64,000 nucleotides of DNA from positions 5,270,001 through 5,334,000 of the forward strand of contig NC_089435.1 in NCBI RefSeq assembly GCF_026210795.1, in the 5' to 3' direction. Below the pieces are notes generated by a model. That model was not told the origin of the DNA. It made no database searches and saw nothing but the letters and a program-made list of their open reading frames with translations. Shown here piece by piece: positions 63,101-64,000 of this stretch. A program made the translations under genes and the position numbers. Each line of letters opens with the position of its first letter. The stretch's first letter is position 1. The DNA is from Rhizophagus irregularis. Lineage: Eukaryota.

Positions 63101-64000
63101 TCGAAAAATCATAGGGATTTTTTGCGACCATTGATCTACTTCGTACCCTCCGGGTATTAATCATAACGTATAAATGATCGTCATCACAAACCCATTAATG
63201 GGTACTTCTCTTCTAGATGGAATCTAGGGCAAGATGCTCAGTTCATAGAGTCGGAGACTGGGGCTATGCCCAAAAATGTAAATACGTGTTTATGGATGAT
63301 ATCGTTGATATTAGTATCTTCCCTTGGCCAGAGATGAAAACTTACTTGGAATAAAGTTCACATTAAAATACGTCTGCGAAAAAATGTAGTCATTCGTTGA
63401 TCCAAGATATTTGGAAAGATGCATAGGATATGAATCAACGTGATAATAAGGAGGTAAAATACATCTCGCTATCATTATGTGTTTTCATATTATCCAACAA
63501 TAGATACTGACTGATTTTTTTATGTATTTCGTGATCACAATTAAAGGTGGGTAATGAACAGAAATATGACGTGTAAGCTTGCCCAGTGTCATATGACATC
63601 GATCCTTAAGGGTCCTATGTCATGTGTTCATAGATAACTGAAACACGGAAAATGTAATTTATTATGTATATAGCAAGAAGCTCATTTGGCATTTATTTTA
63701 ATAAACCATAATGGACTAACTATTATGTGAAGAGCAATTTTTCATTACATGCTTATAAAGAGCGTGAATATTTGATTTAACTGTATCGATATTAAAATAG
63801 ATTGAAGTTTGTTGTGATTGTATTCAATTTTTTATGAAGTGTTACTTTGTAGAAAAAATCGAATCCATGGATACCAGTGCTTCGTGAGAGAATTGTATAC
63901 AAGTTTTTGCGTTCTTCGACAGAGTGATCGTATTGCGATGTTCATATACCTAAAAGGTACAAAGTAGAACGGGTTTGTTCCTTTAGGTTCTATAACAAGT

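Noticed and set aside
60684..64000. Short ORFs and slightly higher-GC sequence
   Set aside because: No convincing spliced gene or domain could be assembled by eye.

Overview
Very AT-rich eukaryotic DNA with short GT-AG introns. The composition and gene style suggest a fungus, probably an arbuscular mycorrhizal (Glomeromycotina) species; this is inference. About 85% of the window is nested transposable elements. Only two intact host-like genes are visible: an SCI1-like multi-exon gene (6918-8378, -) and a Uma2/PD-(D/E)XK-like gene (58959-60173, -). The main elements are: two decayed hAT transposase genes; a hAT shell holding a P-like element (OTU-like domain plus transposase) that itself holds a MITE; a young Ty3/Gypsy element (22783-33203; 1234-bp LTRs, 4-bp TSD); a fragmented pogo element; a decayed LINE with RNase H plus a second 5' fragment; and many MITEs with visible TSDs. 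Two observations stand out. (1) The Gypsy pol has no integrase and instead ends in a thymidylate/dNMP-kinase-like P-loop domain; the same element has a UGA-CUA readthrough-type gag/protease junction and a ~650-aa Cys-repeat extension on gag. (2) Four tandem arrays inside DNA transposons have a repeat unit that is a hairpin-containing spliceosomal intron, separated by variable ~25-45-nt micro-exons.
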